64,000 nt of DNA from Chrysomallon squamiferum (GCA_012295275.1 CM022665.1:2170001-2234000); one strand, 5' to 3'; counted from the first letter of the stretch, positions 44,116-60,097 are shown. Numbers and translations are program-made. The notes: generated by a model not told the origin, from the sequence alone.

Positions 44116-45556
44116 AAACAATGAATTGAGAATACTCTGATGTTGCATAATCTCATCTGTGACATTTTAATAATTAAAAACATTTGCACAAATAAAGCGG
44201 TATTTGTTATTAATTGATATATTTTGACTTATGAATTGTTTTATGTCGACGAAAGATATTTACATCATTTGTCTTTGAAAAACACTATTTTCGATTTTGT
44301 TACTAAAGAGTTTAATTTTTTAAATCATTCACATGAAAATTAAGACTCGTTCATAACTTTCACAGTAAAAAATAAAAATTAAAAATAAAATGTAAATAGA
44401 AATAAAGTGGCCATATTAGTCTCGATCGATACTATCTGCAGTTCATTTATTTGTGTTTTCTGAATGTTAAATATTTTTAGCTGAACACACATTTACCCTA
44501 GAGCTTTAACTCTCGAAAACGTTACTGCGTGCAGTTTTATGTTTATCTCGAGCAGTGATTCTTACGTGGTTTACAGAGCTGTAAAACCATTTCTAACTAA
44601 TTATATTTTAATCTGAAATGTATTTCTGTACCCTTACATCAGCAAATAATTGTGTGAAATAAAATTTAAAAGAAACCACGAAATTATGTTTCTTAAAAAT
44701 GAAAAAAGAACAAAAAATAATAATAATAATAATAATAAATAGCCAATCGAATACGGTTAATATAAAAAAACAAAAAATAAAAAATAAAAAAACACCCAAA
44801 ACACAAGAACGTAACTAAAAGGAACAAGGGGTAGCAAGTGTCCATCCTCCACAGATGTACTACAAACATTTTTGTTCAGCAAGTCTTTGTAGTGATGTCA
44901 TTTACAGTCAGAGTATTTACACCTTTGTTGCAGACACATCTCTGACTGAACTCTGACAACATGGCCACACGCTATGTTCAACAAACAAAACATACAGTGA
45001 GATGATTAATTAAATCTTTCGTTTATGAAGGAAATGTAAGCTACTTATTTCCGTATCGGTTAAAACCAGTTAATGTCTAACTGCAGTTATTGCTAGGTGT
45101 AATTAGAACAAACATCCACAAGTGTACATACTTTATGATTAAAAAAACTCTATAAATAAACCATTTATTTTGGAGTAACATATAACTGTTATATTGAAGA
45201 TTATACCTTTACTCACACAAACACCTACGTACTTGTACAACTTCGACTAAGTTTTTGTGACTCCAAGAAACAAACATCACAACTGGTTGCGGTAGACTAA
45301 ACAATTAAGAACATAATTGAAACTATTGTTCTCTGTAGTTATCTGAACCATGTCATTAATTTCACACACAAATAACACGGTGGACTAATCATGCTTAGAA
45401 ACATTTTATTTAAAAAACAATTATACATCTGTTTTCGACATAAAGGCACTAATTTTTAATTATTTAGCATTTAAATAAAAAAAATAGGTACTGTAAATAA
45501 TGCAGTTACATATATATCACCACTCAGGTATTACAAGTGAATTATAATTTCTCCAG

Positions 45557-45679
45557 GCAAGGTGAAGCATGTAACCATGTAGCTGCTATGCTGTTAGCCT
45601 CAGAGGATTATCTGGCACAGGAACTGAACTGTATACTCGGAGGAAAAACATGTACAGATAGACTGCCAAGATGGAACCA
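45557..45679 (+). mobile_element. SWIM-zinc-finger exon remnant of an ISL2EU/Kolobok-type (YqaJ/lambda-exonuclease-associated) DNA transposon ORF
   Basis: An AG...GT-bounded 123-nt segment encodes QGEACNHVAAMLLASEDYLAQELNCILGGKTCTDRLPRWN. This matches the G.GE.C.HVAALL...CT....W pattern of SWIM-bearing transposon proteins. Confidence 0.55.
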
Positions 45680-46119
45680 GTAAGCCTGTTTGCTGTAACA
45701 TTAAAATCGTTTTTCATTTCTATGTGAACCGATTACCCACAAACGTTTCCGATATGCACTGGCTGGATATCGATGGAAAGATAACTGAACAATGGTCACG
45801 GCCTCCCATTACAGCATACTTGCTTTCACACCTACCCCCCCCCCGTTTGCAACAAGGGCTATTCTGGCGAGATCTCGCGACTTGTGTTCTCTAATTACCC
45901 AACAAAGGACACGTGTACAGTCGAATGCGAATCTCTATTGTGAATCGTCAAGAGGAAAGTCCACGATACCCAAAATAAAAATTAACCATCTGGCCATCTT
46001 CCAAGTCTTACTGTTTTTATTTATTGAAAGTTATATGTGAAATAAAAGTATATTCACAATTAATCAATCAACATATAAATAGATAGAAACATATACACAC
46101 ACAAACACACACACAAACG

Positions 46120-46260
46120 AACACATAAAATGATGTGGACTTAAAATACATTAAAATAAAACTAGATCTTGGGTGATCTGTGCATACGCTGCCCCTTCCC
46201 CACGGAAAACCTATATCAGTGCACATTGATTAAAGACTTGGTTTCGATATCATCCATAGG
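46120..46260 (+). repeat. ~140-bp local sub-repeat present about eight times in the array
   Basis: cataaaa..gtgga..aaaatacattaaaataaa..agatctt..tgatc..gccccttccccacggaaaacct recurs near 46120, 46750, 51995, 55205, 56175, 58920, 62175 and 63140. Confidence 0.8.
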
Positions 46261-47020
46261 GCAGGAGATAGACTCATTTTAACAAATAAAAAAAAAATAA
46301 TAATAATAATAAATAAAAATACATATAAAAATTAAATTAAGTTAAAATAATGAATGAACAAAAATTAATTTAAAAAAGCAAAATAAGAAACACCAATTCG
46401 TTCCCCTCAAACAAAACCCCACCAAAAAAACCTTGAGGTATTGACATTTTCCAATTCTGTTTAACATATAAATTATCAAATATTATAAATAATACTGGTA
46501 GTATTTAAAATAAATTTTTAATTTTTTTTTTTTTTTTTTAATTAAAAATCCCGGAAAAACCCGATTTCTGTAATTAACTATGAAATGTTTTGTGAAATAA
46601 ATAAATTGGACGAGATCGGGGAACTTTGATCCATAATAAAATGTAAGTTATATCTAAAATAAAATTATATTCACAATTCATCGATCAACATATAGATAGA
46701 AAGACAGACAGACACACACACACACACACACACACACAATTTAAACCTAAGACATAAAGTGACTGTGGATTCAAAATACATTAAAATAAATTTCAAGTCT
46801 CAGATCTTGATGATCCTTGAATACAATGCCCCTTCCCCACGGAAAACCTCTATTCTGAGTGATTTTACATTTTTCAGTGCACTTTGATTAAAAACTTGGT
46901 TATGACGTCATTCATAGTGGCAGGGTATGAACTCATTATAACATTGTATCTATATCTTTTCCAGAACTTTCCATCCGTCTTTGTCGTTTTACTAATCTTT
47001 GTTATTTTACTATTATTATT

Positions 47021-47051
<31 letters not shown>

Positions 47052-47230
47052 TATGTTATGTTATGTTTCCAAAGTTTAAGCACGAAAAAAACCGGAAATG
47101 GGGAAGTTTGTCATAGTTCGTGTAATAATGACGTAGCAAAGATAAAATTTAAAAAGTAACGATCGTCACTGACTGATTCATTTAGCGTGTTACATTTTGC
47201 AAGTAGGAAGGGCAAAGCAAACGGAATAAA

Positions 47231-47765
47231 ATGTCTGATCAATTCTCTGATATCTACAACGTATTTGTTAAAGGGATAGAGGGAAAGACGAAGACATTAC
47301 AAATCCATAAGGTCTGTTTAACTTTTATTTATATCTACTGCAGGATTGTAGAGATGGGAAGTGCCATATTTGTTGAAATTTTGGAATTATATTTTGTTTC
47401 GTCAAATTTCCTTTTCTTTTATTTATTTTTTTTTTTTTTTTTTTTATTTATATTTTTATTTATATATTTTTTTTTCTCTTCTGTTTTATTGGATGACATA
47501 ATACTTGATGTTATTCTTGAATAACTGAAAAAAATATTTATCAAACATTTTATATTTTATTTATTTGCATTTTCGATTATTTCAATTACAGTAATTATAT
47601 TATTTATTTCTTTATTTACTTTTTTAAATAATAAGGACGCCACGATTGACGAGCTTATACAGCAGATATCAAAAAAACTAAACATTCCAGTAGATGAATT
47701 GAGAATTCTTTATACAAGTAAGAATGATACACCAAGAGAATATATACAAATATGCCACATTGTCA

Positions 47766-47837
<72 letters not shown>

Positions 47838-48963
47838 ATTTTCATTCTTGTTATTACGTTAAACATGAAATCAAGATGTTCAAACTCTCTCTCTCTCTTT
47901 TTTATTACTCTTTTATATATATATATTTATATTACTTGTTTTTTTTTATTCTAATTATCATTATTACTCTTCTTGCTGTTGTCGTTGTTATTCATGTTGA
48001 ATTTAATTCTTTGTCTGGATTCAGAAAAATCACGTGTTATTTTTCTTGTCTGTTTATTCCTAGCGAAACAGCTTGAATACGGAAGTAACAAGAATCTATC
48101 AGATTACAAAATGCAGAACAATTCAACGGTGTTTGTAATGGTGGGGCTGAAAGGAGGTTTTGAAGAAGATTACTCGCCTAAACAGCTGGACGAAGACGCA
48201 CCACGGTCTGATGAGCCAGATATGACAACACAGGACGACGATCCCAATAATGAACGAGCACAGATGCCATGTGGCCATGCCATCGGTAAGAAACGAAAAT
48301 AACAGATTTGTGGTTTTACACAATGATGATGATGATGATGATGATTATGATGATGATGATGATGATAAACGATTATGTAAATAATGATGATGACAGCAGT
48401 GATGATACGTCTCTTTATTATTTCCTGTTAATAGATTATACCACTTTTCTATTGCCTTTGGTAGACTAGCTGGAATTCTCTCTTAAAATCTTCAAAGAAT
48501 TTTAATATTTGTTATTCATCTTCATAGGCCCAGAATCCATAACAGCATATTGCCGAAGCCTCCTTGATGCTGGAAAGTTCCAGTTTCTACGTCCTTACAA
48601 ACAGCTCAATGAATGGCCTTTCCTCAATGTTAGGCGCCTGGCAGTTTTGACCGAAGGAGAAATTATCACATTTGAAAGGAAGCTCTGTGAAATCTACATA
48701 CGCAAAGCAATGGGGATTCAGGAATGTCCACAGTGTCATTCCTTTGCGAGCGAGTCCGCAAAACCAACCGCCGAGTCATCTGCACGTTTTGCTCCAGAAA
48801 GGGACCTCGTTTTGAATCCTGCTGGTCATGCCTGGGACTGGAACAGATGCATGTGGCAACAGTGAATGCTCCGGAGAAGATCCCCGTCTGAGCATTCTTC
48901 GCAAAGCATCGAAGAAAACTATCGTTGGTGTGGCTAACTGTCCCTCGTGTCGAGCCTGCCCAT
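47231..48963 (+). pseudogene. Ubl-RBR paralog copy 1: Ubl intact (ends VGLKGG), RBR frameshifted, RING2 deleted
   Basis: Exons 47231-47311, 47636-47717, 48064-48285 and 48528 onward have canonical splice sites. Relative to copy 3: CP>RP, loss of the NNNEYCGK segment, a 1-nt deletion near 48740 (ORF stops at 48865), a ~13-nt deletion near 48834, and a join at 48963 straight into 3'UTR-like sequence that removes RING2. Confidence 0.8.
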
Positions 48964-48983
48964 TTAAATTCATTAACTTTTAT

Positions 48984-49061
<78 letters not shown>

Positions 49062-51201
49062 CATAATCATAATCATAATAATAATAATTATGTTAATTAC
49101 TATGATGATTTATTAAAAGTAAATAACTTAAGATAAAGGTATAGTATGTAGAAGTATTGGTGCATAGCAAGTTCAGTTACTTATATCGTTGTTTCTTTAG
49201 TTTTCTGAATGCTTGTTGCTTGCTTCAAATAAAAATAGATAAATCAAAAACTTGGACTTTTCGTTTTTAAATTACAAAAAGCAGTATTTATTTTTAATGG
49301 AACTGACGTCAGAGGTTCATTGGTTACACTTCTAGTCAGACGTCGTGTTAGTTTTGTAACCGCAGTAGAAAATAATCGACTCTTTTCCACTAATGGGATA
49401 CGTGTTTTACTGAAAGAAAAGTAAAGCTGAACAGTGACTTGTTCTAATTGATTCTAACACATGGCTGATTTAACATACGTTGTATATACACACACGCACA
49501 CAGAAACACTCATACACATATTCTCTGAAATATACATGTGTAATTATATATAAATACTGTCAACAACTTTCATATATGTGTATAAAAAATATACATCAGG
49601 TATGTAGCTACATTAAATACAATAAAACAAAACACTCGTTTCTATTTCGTCGATCAGTAATGGAACTTAATAACTTTAATGTTCCTTAATTGTAGTTTCT
49701 AGAAATTTATCTTCAGTTGTTTAGCCTGATTTTCAGACTCTACGAAACTGTAGACCTACAAAAAGTCGATTTACAATAACAAAAATAATTTAAAAAAAAA
49801 TAAAAAAAAGCTTTGAATATAAATAATTAACTTTTTTAAGAGCGAAAATGTATATTTATGTTGAAACGTTCCACTGATTTATTGCCATTTTACATTTATC
49901 AATATTATATAACGCTAAATAAATTTACCTCACAGGTAATGTTCGTCTAGAATCTAGACTCTAGATGCTTGGATGCATACAGAACACAAAACGTTATTTA
50001 TCTTATTTTATTTTTTCTCTTTAATCTTTTTCTTGTAATAGTTTTATTTCAGTCAATGAATCGAAATCATTTTGTTTTACTTTAGCACTTTTTAAAAACA
50101 CAATTCTGAAACTATTGAAAAGTAAAAATTCTAATCGTACATTAAGACATGATCACTGATTTATAAAACTGATTCCTTCTTCTTTCACACAATGAAGAAA
50201 TACAACAACTTTCAGTCTCACTAAAATATTCAAATACAGATGTGATAAGATCTTAAGCTAGTTATTTAAATTTATTTATTTATTGCTGTTTATATATTAA
50301 TAAAATCTGAGAAACAGAAGTCTAAAGTCTTATGTTGGTCAGTCGACGTTGGTTTTGAAAGTTATCCCCACTGACAAAATTATCTGCTTATGCCTGTTCA
50401 CTTATATTTGCTATGCACACTGAAAATAGTTTCAGATTTAAACACGGTTTTAGTAATTGTGAAATGAACAAGAAAAAATAAGTACTATAATTAACAGGTT
50501 AGAAGTAGATTTATGTGGATTTATATCAGAGTATTTACACCTTTGTTGCAGACACATCTCTGACTGAACTCTGACAACATGGCCACACGCCACGCTCAAC
50601 AAACAAAACATACAGTGAGATGATTAATTAAATGTTTCGTTTATGAAGGAAATGTAAGCTACTTATTTCCGTATCGGTTAAAACCAGTTAATGTCTAACT
50701 GCAGTTATTGCTAGGTGTAATTAGAACAAACATCCACAAGTGTACATACTTTATGATTAAAAAAACTCTATAAATAAACCATTTATTTTGGAGTAACATA
50801 TAACTGTTATATTTAAGATTATACCTTTACTCATATACTCACACAAATACCTACATACTTGTACAACTTCGACTAAGTATTTGTGACTCCAAGAAACAAA
50901 CACCACAACTAGTTGCGGTAGACTAAACAATTAAGAACATAATTGAAACTATTGTTCTCTGTAGTTATCTGAACCATGTCATTAATTTCACACGCAAATA
51001 ACACGGTGGACTAATCATGCTTAGAAACATTTTATTTAAAAAACAATTATACATCTGTTTTCGACGTATTAAAAAATAAAGGACTAATTTTTAATTATTT
51101 ACCATTTACATAAAAAAAATAGGTACTGTAAATAATACAGTTACATATATATCACCACTCAGGTATTTACCATATTACAAGTGAATTTATAATTTTTGCA
51201 G

Positions 51202-51324
51202 TTACAGTGAAGTATGTAACCATGTAGCTGCTATGCTGTTCGCCTCAGAGGATTATCTGGCACAGGGACTGAACTGTATACTCGGAGGAAAAACATGTAC
51301 AGATAGACTGCAAAGATGGAACCA
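51202..51324 (+). mobile_element. Second copy of the SWIM-finger exon remnant, duplicated with the array
   Basis: Encodes YSEVCNHVAAMLFASEDYLAQGLNCILGGKTCTDRLQRWN, with the same length and splice sites as 45557-45679. Confidence 0.55.
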
Positions 51325-51941
51325 GTAAGCCTGTTTGCTGTAACATTAAAATCGTTTTTCATTTCTATGTGAACCGATTACCCACAAACATTTCCGATAT
51401 GTCACGGCCTCCCATTACAGCATGCTTGCTTTCACACCTAACCCCCCCCCCCCCCGTTTGCAACAAGGGCTATTCTGGCGAGATGTCGCGACTTGTGTTC
51501 TCTAATTACCCAACAAAGGACACGTGTACAGTGGAATGCGAATCTCTATTGTGAGTTGTCAAGTGGAACGTCCACAATACCCAAAATAAAAATTAGTCAT
51601 CTGGCCATCTTCCAAGTCATGATCTATATAATAAAATTAATAAGTTTTAGCTTAATTTATTAGACAAGTCAGAGCAAGTTTCTATCTCACTCTCTTATTT
51701 ATTTATTTATTTATTTATTTATTATTTTTAATGTATTATTTTTTTTCTTTTTTTCTTTTAGTGGGTTTTTGGTGGGTTTGGGGGTTTTTTTCCTCTCATA
51801 ATTATTTATTTATTTATTTATTTGGTAAAGCAGGCGACACGAAATAAATAAATTGGGAGAATGGGGGAACTCTGGTTCATAATAAAATAAAATTGTATTC
51901 ACAATTAATCAATCAACATATAGATAGATAGTAACAGACGC

Positions 51942-51985
<44 letters not shown>

Positions 51986-52488
51986 TAAAGCTAAGACATA
52001 AAACGACTGTGGATTGAAAATACATTAAAATGAATTTCAATTCTTAGATCTTGGGTGATCCGTGCATACGCTATCCCTTCCTAACGGAAAACCTCTATTC
52101 TGAGTGATTTTACATTTTTCAGTGCATTTTGATTAAAAACTTGGTTTCGATATCATTCATAGCGGCAGGGTATGAACTCATTATAATGATACTTATTTCA
52201 TTATAAAAATTATATTCATCACAGTATGACATCTTATCTGTATTTTTTCTAGCATTTTCCATCCGCCTTTCTCATTTTAATAATGGTTTGTTATTTTATA
52301 ATTTTATCTTTCCATATTTCAAGCACGAAACAAAGCGACAGTGGGGAAGAATATCATATCGCAACTGGAAATTCCACGTACAAATGACGTGGCAAAGAAA
52401 TTCTTTTTAAAACAACGATCGTACCTCGTTTTATTCATTTCGCGTGTTATTTTTGTCCCAGTAAGAAGGGTTAAACAAACGGAGTACA

Positions 52489-54513
<2,025 letters not shown>

Positions 54514-57425
54514 CATCGAGTACATAGCTCAACTTTTGACTTTCGATCCACGAACTTGTAGAAATTGTTTTTACTAACAAATTAAATTCATTTATGGCAT
54601 AATAATAATAATAATAATGTTTTATTACTATGATGATTTATTAAAAGTAAATAACTTAAGATAAAGGTATAGTATGTAGAAATATTGGTGTATAGCAAGT
54701 TCACTTACTTATATCCTTGATTCTTTAGTTTTCTGAATGCTTATTTCTTGTTTCAAATAAAAATAGATAAATCAATAACATGGACTTTTCGTTTTTAAAT
54801 TACAAAAAGCAGGATTTATTTTTAATGGAACTGACGTCAGAGGTTCATTGGTTACACTTCTAGTCAGACGTCGTGTTAGTTTTGTAACCGCAGTAGAAAA
54901 TAATCGACTCTTTTCCACTAATGGGATACGTGTTTTACTGAAAGAAAAGTAAAGCTGAACAGTGACTTGTTCTAAATGATTCTAACACATGGCTGATTTA
55001 ACATACGTTGTAGAAAATTAGCTTGTGTACAATGTCCCATTCAGAATTAGATTCATTGTAAAGGGACTGTATCTTGGTGACTACTCCTAGTTATTCGTGT
55101 TCAAGCTTCAGATTTTCATCTGTATCTCTCAAAACGTTCCCTGTAACTAATAATATCTGTCTACCCATCTATCCAACCACACACACATACATATAAAACT
55201 AACACATAAAATGATGTGGACTTAAAACACATTAAAATAAAACCAGATCTTGAGTGATCTGTGCATACGCTGCCCCTTCCCCACGGAAAACCTATATCAG
55301 CGCACATTGATTAAAAACTTGGTTTCGATATCATCCATAGGACAGGAGACAGACTCATTTTAATTTAAAAAATAATAATAATCAATAAATAAATAAATCA
55401 AATAATGAATGAATGAATGAATGAATACAAATTAATTCAAAAAAGCAAAATACGAAATCCCCAAATCCCCCCCTTCAAAACTCCCCAAAAGAACGTTGAG
55501 GTATTGACATTTTCCAGTTCTGTTTAACACATAAATTTTCAAATATTATAAATAATATTGGTAGTATTTAAAATAAATAAATTAATAATTAAAAAAAATT
55601 AAATTAAATTAAAAACCCACCGGAAAACCCGATTTCTATAATTAACTGTTTAGTTACGATAACAGTGTTGTTGTTTACGTTAGTGACCTAATCTTACAGC
55701 AACGATTATGTTCGATATACGTAACAATTGTGAGTCATCAAGTGGAAAACCCACAATACTCAAAATAAAAATTAGTCATCTGGCCATCTTCCAAGTCATG
55801 ATCTATATAATAAAATGAATAAGTTTTAGCTAATTTATCAGACAAGTCAGAGCAAGTTTCTATCTCACTCTCTTTATTTATTTATTTAGTTATTTATTAT
55901 TTTTAATGGGTTTTTTCTTTCTTTCTTTTCTTGTTTTAGTGTTTTTTTGGTAGGTTTTTTTTTATAGTTTTTTCCCTCTCATATTTATTTATTTATTTAT
56001 TTATTTATTATTTGGTAAAGCAGGCGACACGAAATAAATAAATTGGGAGAATGGGGAACTTTGGTTCATAATAAAATATATGTTATATGTAAAATAAAAT
56101 TATATTCACAATTAATCAGTCAATGTATAGATAGTAACACACGCACACGCACACACGCAAACTTTAAAGCTAAGACATAAAACGACTGTGGATTGAAAAT
56201 ACATTAAAATAAATTTCATGTCTCAGATCTTGATGATCCTTGAATACGAAAACCTCTATTCTGAGTGGCTAATTTAACATACGTTGTATATACACACACG
56301 CACACACAAACACTAATATACATATTCTCTGAAATATACATGTGTAATTATATATAAATACTGTCAACAACTGTCATATACGTGTATAAAAAAATATACA
56401 TCAGGTATGTAGCTACATTAAATACAATAAAACAAAACACTCGTTTCTATTTCGTCGATCAGTAATGGAACTTAATAACGTTAATGTTCCTTAATTGTAG
56501 TTTCTAGAAATTTATCTTCAGTTGTTTAGCCTGATATTCAGACTCTACGAAACTGTAGACCTACAAAAAGTCGATTTACAATAACAAAAATAATTTTAAA
56601 AAAAAGAAAGAAAAAAGCCTTCTCTGAATATAAATAATTAGCTTTTTTAAGAGCGAAAATGTATATTTATGTTGAAACGTTTCCACTGATTTATTGTCAT
56701 TTTACATTTATCAATATTATATAACGCTAAATAAATTTACCTCACAGGTAATGTTCGTCTAGAATCTAGACTCTAGATGCTTGGATGCATACAGAACACT
56801 AAACGTTATTTATCTTATTTTATTTTTTCTCTTTAATCTTTTTCTTGTAATAGTTTTATTTCAGTCAATGAATCGAAATCATTTTGTTTTACTTTAGCAC
56901 TTTTTAAAAACACAATTCTGAAACTATTGAAAAGTAAAAATTCTAATCGTACATTAAGACATGATCACTGATTTATGAAATTGATTCCTTCTTCTTTCAC
57001 ACAATGAAGAAATACAACAACTTTCAGTCTCACTAAAATATTCAAATACAGATGTGATAAGATCTTAAGCTAGTTATTTAAATTTATTTATTTATTGCTG
57101 TTTATATATTAATAAAATCTGAGAAACAGAAGTCTAAAGTCTTATGTTGGTCAGCCGACGTTGGTTTTGAAAGTTATCCCCACTGACAAAATGATCTGCT
57201 TATGCCTGTTCACTTATATTTGCTATGCACACTGAAAATAGTTTCGGATTTAAACACGGTTTTAGTAATTGTGAAATGAACAAGAAAAATGAATACTATA
57301 ATGAACAGGTTAGAAGTAGATTTATGTGGATTTAAAAATGTTAACATTTAAGCTTATTTTTTGAATGATATCGTGTCTCACCTGTGCGTGTCTCACCTGT
57401 GCGTATCTCTTGACCAATGTTACAG

Positions 57426-57706
57426 GTATGTGTGAGGCTGGCACTGTTTGGAGTGACGCAAACAACGTTTGTCAATCTGAAACAACCATTTTCTCGTCCA
57501 CTCCAGCAAACAGTAATACGTTGGATGCTTCAACGACGACAACACCGTTAATACCGGATTGCTCAGAAGACGACGATACATATTACCCGGGAGAGAAATG
57601 TGACAGCTTTTACCACTGTGATCAGGGAAATGCTGTGACATTGTCATGTGGTCCAGGCACTATTTGGAATCAGAGTTCTAAAGTCTGTGTTACGGGAAGC
57701 TGCTGA
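57426..57706 (+). pseudogene. Orphan duplicate of the terminal chitin-binding (ChtBD2) exon
   Basis: Near-identical to 43835-44115 (SDANNVC vs SNANNDC), with its acceptor, ORF and stop intact. No copies of the upstream exons are present in this unit. Confidence 0.75.
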
Positions 57707-58691
57707 AAACAATGAATTGAGAATACTCTGATGTTTCATAATCTCATCTGCGACATTTTAATAATTAAAAACATTTGCACAAATAAATCTCTTTCAAGGA
57801 TACTGTCAACAATAAATGATACTTAGAAAATGTAAAGTGTCAGTGAAATAAATGTTTCGGCTAATACAGATTAGAAAGCGGTATTTGTTATTAATTGATA
57901 TATTTTGACTTTTGAGTTGTACGATGTCGCCATCATTTGTCTTTGAAAAACAGTCTGTTCTCGATTCTATTACTAAAGAGTTTAATTTTTAAAATCATTC
58001 ACATGAAAATTAAGACTCGTTCATAACTTTCACAGTAAAAAATAAAAAATAAAAATAAAATGTAAATAGAAATAAAGTGGCCATATTAGTCTCGATCGAT
58101 ACTATCTGCAGTTCATTTATTTGGGTATTGTGTTTTCTGAATGTTAAATATTTTTAGCTGATCACACATTTACCCTAGAGCTCTTCAGGAACACATCTCG
58201 CTTTTGTTAACTGTTAAGGCCTGTCTCCGGAAAACGTTACTGCGTGCAGTTTTATGTTTATCTCGAGCAGTGATTCTTACGTGGTTTACAGAGCTGTAAA
58301 ACCATTTCTAACTAATTATATTTTAATCTGAAATGTATTTCTGTACCCTTACATCAGCAAATAATTGTGTCAAATAAAATTTAAAATAAATCGATGAAAG
58401 GATAAAGAATTTCCCGGACTTCTGCGATTGGTACAATTAATAAGTGAACACTGGTCATGGCCTCCTATTACAGCATGGTTGCCTTTGTCCAAACAACTCC
58501 GTTTGCAACAAGGTCTATTCTGGCGAGATCTCGTGATAGGCGTCCTCGAATTACCCAACAACGGACACGTGTGCAGTGGAATGCGAATCTCTATTGTGAG
58601 TCATCAAGTGGAAAGTCCACAATACCCAAAATAAAAATTAGTCATCTGGCCATCTTCCAAGTCTGACTTTCTTTCTTTCTTTCTTTATTTC

Positions 58692-58743
<52 letters not shown>

Positions 58744-59232
58744 TAATGTATTCTTTTATTTCTTTTCTTGTATATTTTTTTCTTGAATATTTATTTATTT
58801 ATTTGGTAAAGCAGGAGGCACGAAAATAAAATTATATTCACAATTAATCAGTCAACATATAGACATACACACACATACACACACACACACATATAAAGCT
58901 AACACATATAAAACGAACACATAAAATGATGTGGACTTAAAATACATTAAAATAAAACTAGATCTTTGGTGATCTGTGCATACCCTGCCCCTTCCCCACG
59001 GAAAACCTATATCAGTGCATTTTGATTAAAAACTTGGTTTCGATGCCATTCGTAGTGGCAGGGTATGAACTCATTATAATGATACTTATTTCATTATAAA
59101 AATTATATTCATCACAGTATGACATCGTATCTATATTTTTTCTAGCATTTTCCAATCGCCTTTCTCATTTTAATAATGTTTTTTTTTTTTTTTTTTTTTT
59201 TTTATCATTTTATCTTTCCAAAGTTCAAGCAC

Positions 59233-59298
59233 GAAAGAAAGCGAAAGTGGGGAAGTTTGTCATATCGCAACTGGAAATTCCACGTACAAATGACGTGG
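59233..59298 (+). promoter_or_regulatory. Candidate immune/stress-responsive motif cluster (IRF-E/ISRE-like, NF-kB-like, ATF/CRE-UPRE-like) upstream of the intact Ubl-RBR gene
   Basis: GAAAGCGAAAGT (59237-59248) matches GAAANNGAAA. GGAAATTCC is at 59273-59281 and TGACGTGG at 59291-59298. All lie 95-160 nt upstream of the ATG. Motif matches only. Confidence 0.5.
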
Positions 59299-59393
59299 CA
59301 AAGAAATTCTTTTTAAAACAACGATCGTACCTCGTTTTATTCATTTCGCGTGTTACTTTTTGCAAGTAGGAAGGGTAAAGCAAACGGAGTACA

Positions 59394-60029
59394 ATGTCTG
59401 ACGAGTTGTCTAATACATACAATGTGTTTGTTAAAGGGATAGAGGGAAAGACGAGAACATTACAAATCCATAAGGTCTGTTTAATTTTTATTTACACCTA
59501 CTGCAGGATTTTAGAGATGGGAAGTGCGATGTTTGTTGAAATTTTGTTTTATATTTATTTTATTTACATACATGTATGTGTGTATGTATGAGCGTATATT
59601 ACGTGGAGAGAACTGGGAGAGATTGTTGTTTCATTTGGTAATTATTTTTTTGTTTTATCAAATTTCTTTTTTTATTCTTCTACTTTTTTTTTTTTTTTTT
59701 TTTCTCCTTACTGGTGACGGAAAAGAATTTTGCATAACATAATACTTGATATTATTCTTGAATAACTGAAAGATTTATTTATCAAACATTTTATATTTTA
59801 TTCATTTGCATTTTCTTTTATTTCAATTACAGTAATTTTATAATTTATTTAATAATATTATTATCTATTTATTTATTTATTTACTTTTTTAAATAATAAG
59901 GACGCCACGGTTGACGAACTTATGCAGAAGATATCAAAAAAAATAAAGATTCCAGTCCATGAGCTGGGAATTGTTTATACAAGTAAGAATATAAACCAAG
60001 AGAATATATACAAATATGTCACAATGCCA

Positions 60030-60097
<68 letters not shown>

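Noticed and set aside
48666-49136. Poly-Ile and poly-Asn ORFs
   Set aside because: An (AAT)n expansion in 3'UTR-derived sequence after the RING2 deletion.
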